Assembly: GCF_006345805.1 (NCBI RefSeq)
Contig: NC_043000.1
Span: 137,888,001 to 137,952,000 of the forward strand
Source: Octopus sinensis
Lineage: Eukaryota
Length of the DNA: 64,000 bases
Direction: 5' to 3'
Below the pieces are notes generated by a model. It worked only from the letters and a program-made list of their open reading frames with translations. It did not search any database and was not told the origin of the DNA. Below, piece after piece: positions 60,014 to 64,000 of the stretch. Position 1 is the first letter of the stretch; each line of letters begins with the position of its first letter. The position numbers were made by a program, and so were the translations under genes.

Positions 60014-61890
60014 TAGTCATACCTCGCAGTACGAGCTTAATTCGTTCCATGATAGAGCTCGTTTTACAATTTACTCGTTTTACAAATCAACTATTCCCAT
60101 TGAAACTAACTGAAATATAATTAATCCGTTCTAGCACCCTCCCAAACCACCAAAAAGGAAATTTTTATGGGGTTAAAAACAGAAAAGGTGCAGTTACAGG
60201 TAAAATGACAGTTAGAAAAAAGAGAAAGAATAAGAAATATGTAAACTGGTTTTATTAACTGAATTACCTTACAGGTGGGGCGATTTGTGCGCGAGAAAGG
60301 CGATAGAGTGGGGTGGAAGAGGATTGCTGTTTGGAAGGAGGATCTCCTTCCATTATGACTTCATGAAGAACAATTTTCGGCGTTTTCTCTCTCCACTTAA
60401 TTTAGGCTTTTTGGATACACTTTCTTCTCTTTTCACACTTGCAGGTCATTTCATTAGAAACATATCACGAGATGTCTGCTTTTTCTCGCCTTTCAAAATG
60501 TTACGAAAATGCGCCAGAGTAGAGTCATTAAATGAAGCAGCGGCACAACCTGTAACTGCTTTTCAAGATGAGTTTTTTTCTACAAATTCAGTAACATACT
60601 GCCACTTTGCCACTTGTAGAAATAGCATACACCGCAACACTGTCCTCTGTTACACTGTCATGGCATAACGATGATTTCCAGGCGGGTTACAATGCTGTAG
60701 TACTTCCTTTAAAACTCACGAAGGATTAGATTTGTATTTTCGGCGACTTGAAAGCACTGACGAAGCAGGTATTTGATATACAATTTCTTAAATTAGAAAT
60801 CACCTGTTGGTCCATGGTTTGTTTTTGTTAAGCAACAAGACGGGTAAGGGTGGTTAGTTGATGGTCTAGGGCTTAGGGCGGGAGACCCCAGACCTTGGGA
60901 AAAAAAACTTTGGTCGTCTTGTTGTAGTTGAGGGCTCTTGGTTGACCCCTGACACCACTGGGAGGTGGCCCTCGAAGTCGCTGGAAATGGAGATCTCGAA
61001 GTCCAAATTCTTGAACGGCTGGTCCTTGGGCTGCCAGACAGGGGCTGTGTTGCGGGAAAAATGTATATAACTGTTATAAATTTAAATCCGTCCATGATAT
61101 CATCTTCAAGTTTAGAAGGGTGAGCAGGAGCATAGTCGGGGGTAAGGAGAGCCTTGAGAGGAAGATTGTTCTTCAGAAGTTTTCACTGCTGGTCCGAAGA
61201 CAAGGTTGATCCACTCGGAGGAGAATTTCTTGGTGACCCAGGCTTAAACGTTTGCCCTCGACAAGACCTGCAGATTCTACAGTATTTTTTGTGACTTGAA
61301 CGCTCGTGGGTTTTCGGAATGGTAGACAACGAGCGACTAAATTTCCAAGTCTTCACTCGCATTGGCACACAAGGCGTGAGTTAGACTATCTTTTACAGAC
61401 TTGTGACCTGGTGTTCTCTTTTCCTCTACAGTTATGTAGGTTCTTCTGGGCATGTTTTCCAAAGAAAGGTTAGTTTCATCACAGCTGAATACCTATTGTG
61501 CCATGTACCCCACCTGATGGTATTCACTCACGAAATCGTCAGTTGCCTTCCTGTCAGTTGCCTCGCTGCTACTCCATACCTGACAACGCTATGAACACTA
61601 ATTCTGTACTTGAAATTATCAAACCAGCTGCAATTGACCTTAGATACGTCTGCTGATGTCTCCTCCGTCGATATTCCAGGCTTCTACTTCAGGAGATCCC
61701 CCATTATGGTCTCCGTAATCGTATCGCTTGCGAGTTGCTTCACGTTGATCCACAAGAGAAAGCAATTTTTCCATCCTTTCGTGGACAGATGTGTTGCTTA
61801 GAGAGCCTGGAGACACCCTTTGCTATCGTAACAACCTTGATCTCGTCCTTTTTCTTCAGGATGGTGCAGATCTTCGACGTGCTTAGAGGG
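60014..61890 (-). mobile_element. Tigger/pogo transposon relic with one TIR
   Basis: TIR-like ta-tagtcatacctcgcagtacgagcttaattcgttcc at ~60014. Motifs: ICTILKKKDEIK (HTH), WFDNFK, LCANASE..YHSENPRAFK, AWVT, LPLKALL..DYAPAHP, MDQQVISNFKKLY, HFRNILK..KQTS. Confidence 0.9.
60817..61043. mobile_element. ~230-bp GC-rich insertion interrupting the Tigger DDE region
   Basis: Separates the NT.P and PMDQ motifs. The minus strand ends aacaaaaacaaa like a retro-tail. Family unknown. Confidence 0.55.
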
Positions 61891-61959
61891 GTTATGTATT
61901 ACTTTATGTTTGATGACACTAGATCTATCATTATTCTGATTAATATTAGAGGGGTTTTA

Positions 61960-62412
61960 TATTAATTCGTCTTCGAAGCCACTATTGGCTAGAGCTTTGT
62001 TATAGTAGGTGGTGCTTTCTCGAAAATTTCTTAAGAGGAAGACAGATTAGACACTTGCTAATATTAACTATTAGATTTTTAAATATTACAAGAGGGTGAC
62101 AAGACTGTTTATGTATATAAGCGAGTTTCTCATTAGGCGTATGGAAAGGCTTATATGAGGAAGGGTTCAGATTTTGGGAAACATCTAAATAATAAACTAT
62201 AGACAGATTAGTAGCTACTATAATTTTAAGACCCAATTGATTAAAGATACATATAAGTTGATTTCTAAATTTATCAGCGGTGTGACCATCACACCCATGG
62301 GAAATACCCAATCCGTCGTCTCGGTAGAGACCAACGTCATGGGACGGGTACTTATATCTGAATGTGCTTAATATAAATAAACCCTCAGGATCACAAACGT
62401 CAGCACTATCAT
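61960..62412 (-). mobile_element. Penelope-like (Neptune-type) RT fragment
   Basis: DSADVCD..GLFIL, DVGLYRDDGLG, YLDV, YKPFHTPN..YIHKQSCHP. Confidence 0.85.
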
Positions 62413-62477
62413 GTGTGTATGTGTGTGTATATGTGTATGTGTGTGTGTGTATGTGTATGTGTGTGTATACATATATG

Positions 62478-62512
<35 letters not shown>

Positions 62513-62799
62513 TCACACGAGTGCATTCTGGTCCTGAAAGGGTAGAAAATCAGAGTATCATCAATGCAACACTCAACTGGAATTCGAGGCTATGTGCATT
62601 CTTGAAGTGGAGTACCAAACGAATCTTACTAAACATGGTCAGTGCAGCGATGTAATAAAGCCGTCAATCCTAAACGCTTTCAATAGTCTTCTAGGCAATG
62701 GCTATCAATATCTGTTGCCATACAACGGTACATCAATAATGATGATTTTAGTAAGTTTAACAAGTTTAACACGTTCAGCCCTTCATTAAGCGACTGACA

Positions 62800-63010
62800 C
62801 TATATGATGATACTTGTTTACTATAACAACGCCAATCGCCGCATATCACTTCTTTCCCCCACGTATCGCAATAGCTCTATACAATATCCAGATTTTCTAC
62901 GTGTTGGGGTACGAAGCCCGAAATATTGTAGAAAAGCAAGGTAAAACAATAACTGTTGTTCCAGTTTTCTACTGTATTTCATCCATTTTTCATTGTTTAC
63001 CCTTTTAGCA
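62800..63010 (+). pseudogene. Possible CUB C-terminal relic
   Basis: STCWGTKPEIL*KS...LLFQFST resembles tyCG...P..i.S..N.l.v.F.tD. Confidence 0.3.
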
Positions 63011-63489
63011 ATCTTTAATCTTCCTTTCCACAATTTACCAGCTAGTATAATCCTTTTAAAGTAATGTACCACGAAAATCTGGTTATATGATAACTAAACG
63101 TTCTCTACTTCAGTTAAAAATGTATAAGAAACTAAAGTAGGTAGTTTCTAACCACCATTTTATTCAGTATTGCACAACCTACGAATATTTTATTCATTTT
63201 TCTCTTGCCTCAGCTTATTTTTTCTTTAACGCATGACTTGTTATAGTGATACATCAAATATATTATACATTTTTCACGCAGTTTATTCATATACAGAAAG
63301 AATTCCTTCATTTCTTGCATAACAGTTCTCTGAAACCTGTTCAACGGACCGCCCCTGTTTGGGGTGGTAGTCTAATATGGTACTGGGTTCTGAGTCTTGA
63401 TCGTCTTTAGCGGAGCCCAAATGCTTACACACATTCAGGGCCAGTCTCCAGTTTAAAACAAACTCAATCCTTAGCTCCTACAGTCTCAG

Positions 63490-63685
63490 TGGAAGCGTGT
63501 TACTTAGTAGTTAGGGTGTTGAATTCAGGATTTGTAAGATTAAGGCTGCATTTCTTGGACCTGGCGGCGCGTTGTGTTTTTGAGCAAGACACTTCATTTC
63601 ACGTTACTCCCGTCCAGTAGAGAAACCAGGAAACCGGCCCTATGTGTCTGTATGACTGGGGAGGGAACGTTATCCTTATCCTACA
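63490..63685 (+). mobile_element. Degenerate family C SINE
   Basis: Shares ttgagcaagacacttcatttcacgtt with 3870-4160. Confidence 0.65.
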
Positions 63686-64000
63686 GTTTCAGAATCCCTG
63701 ATGATGATAATAATGGTGATACCTATCTGCCTCCCATTGAGCCATAAAAATAGCTACTATCCCTATTAGTTCGCATGCATATCGAAAACTATCTAATAAA
63801 TTCGTAGACTTAATTTCCTGGGCTCCAATCTTAACAGCAATTTCTATGCTACAGGTCCATTTCATTCTATATTCCTCTGATATAAAATAATTAGAGTTAT
63901 TCTGCAAATGTTCCTGTGTCTCATTTCATATATGTTCACTGTTCTATGAAAAGACTGACTAGTCACCGATGAATCGAAGGGAGGTAATTACCTCCTCATC

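Overview
AT-rich, microsatellite-dense animal DNA. The repeat complement (Nin-domain and other tRNA-derived SINEs, R4/Dong retrotransposons in (TAA)n, Penelope-like relics) suggests an octopod cephalopod, which is an inference. I find no complete intact host gene. The long ORFs belong to transposons: a CR1/L2-type RT at 13.0-14.3 kb and an R4/Dong RT-RLE at 46.8-49.0 kb. Most other ORF-track entries are translations of microsatellites or SINEs. Other mobile DNA includes about 12 SINEs, two non-autonomous Helitrons, Tc1 and Tigger transposase relics, Penelope-like RT relics with hammerhead-like motifs, and a (TAA)n hotspot holding about 8 stacked insertions. The main non-TE observation came from manual translation across stops and frameshifts. 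Much of the apparently unique spacer DNA reads as decayed CUB and C-type lectin (CTLD) coding sequence on both strands, roughly 15-20 relic segments, suggesting a collapsed tandem array of extracellular recognition genes. These domain calls are by eye and need HMM confirmation. A duplicated 74-bp-arm hairpin at 19.3 and 19.9 kb appears centred on a hammerhead stem II.
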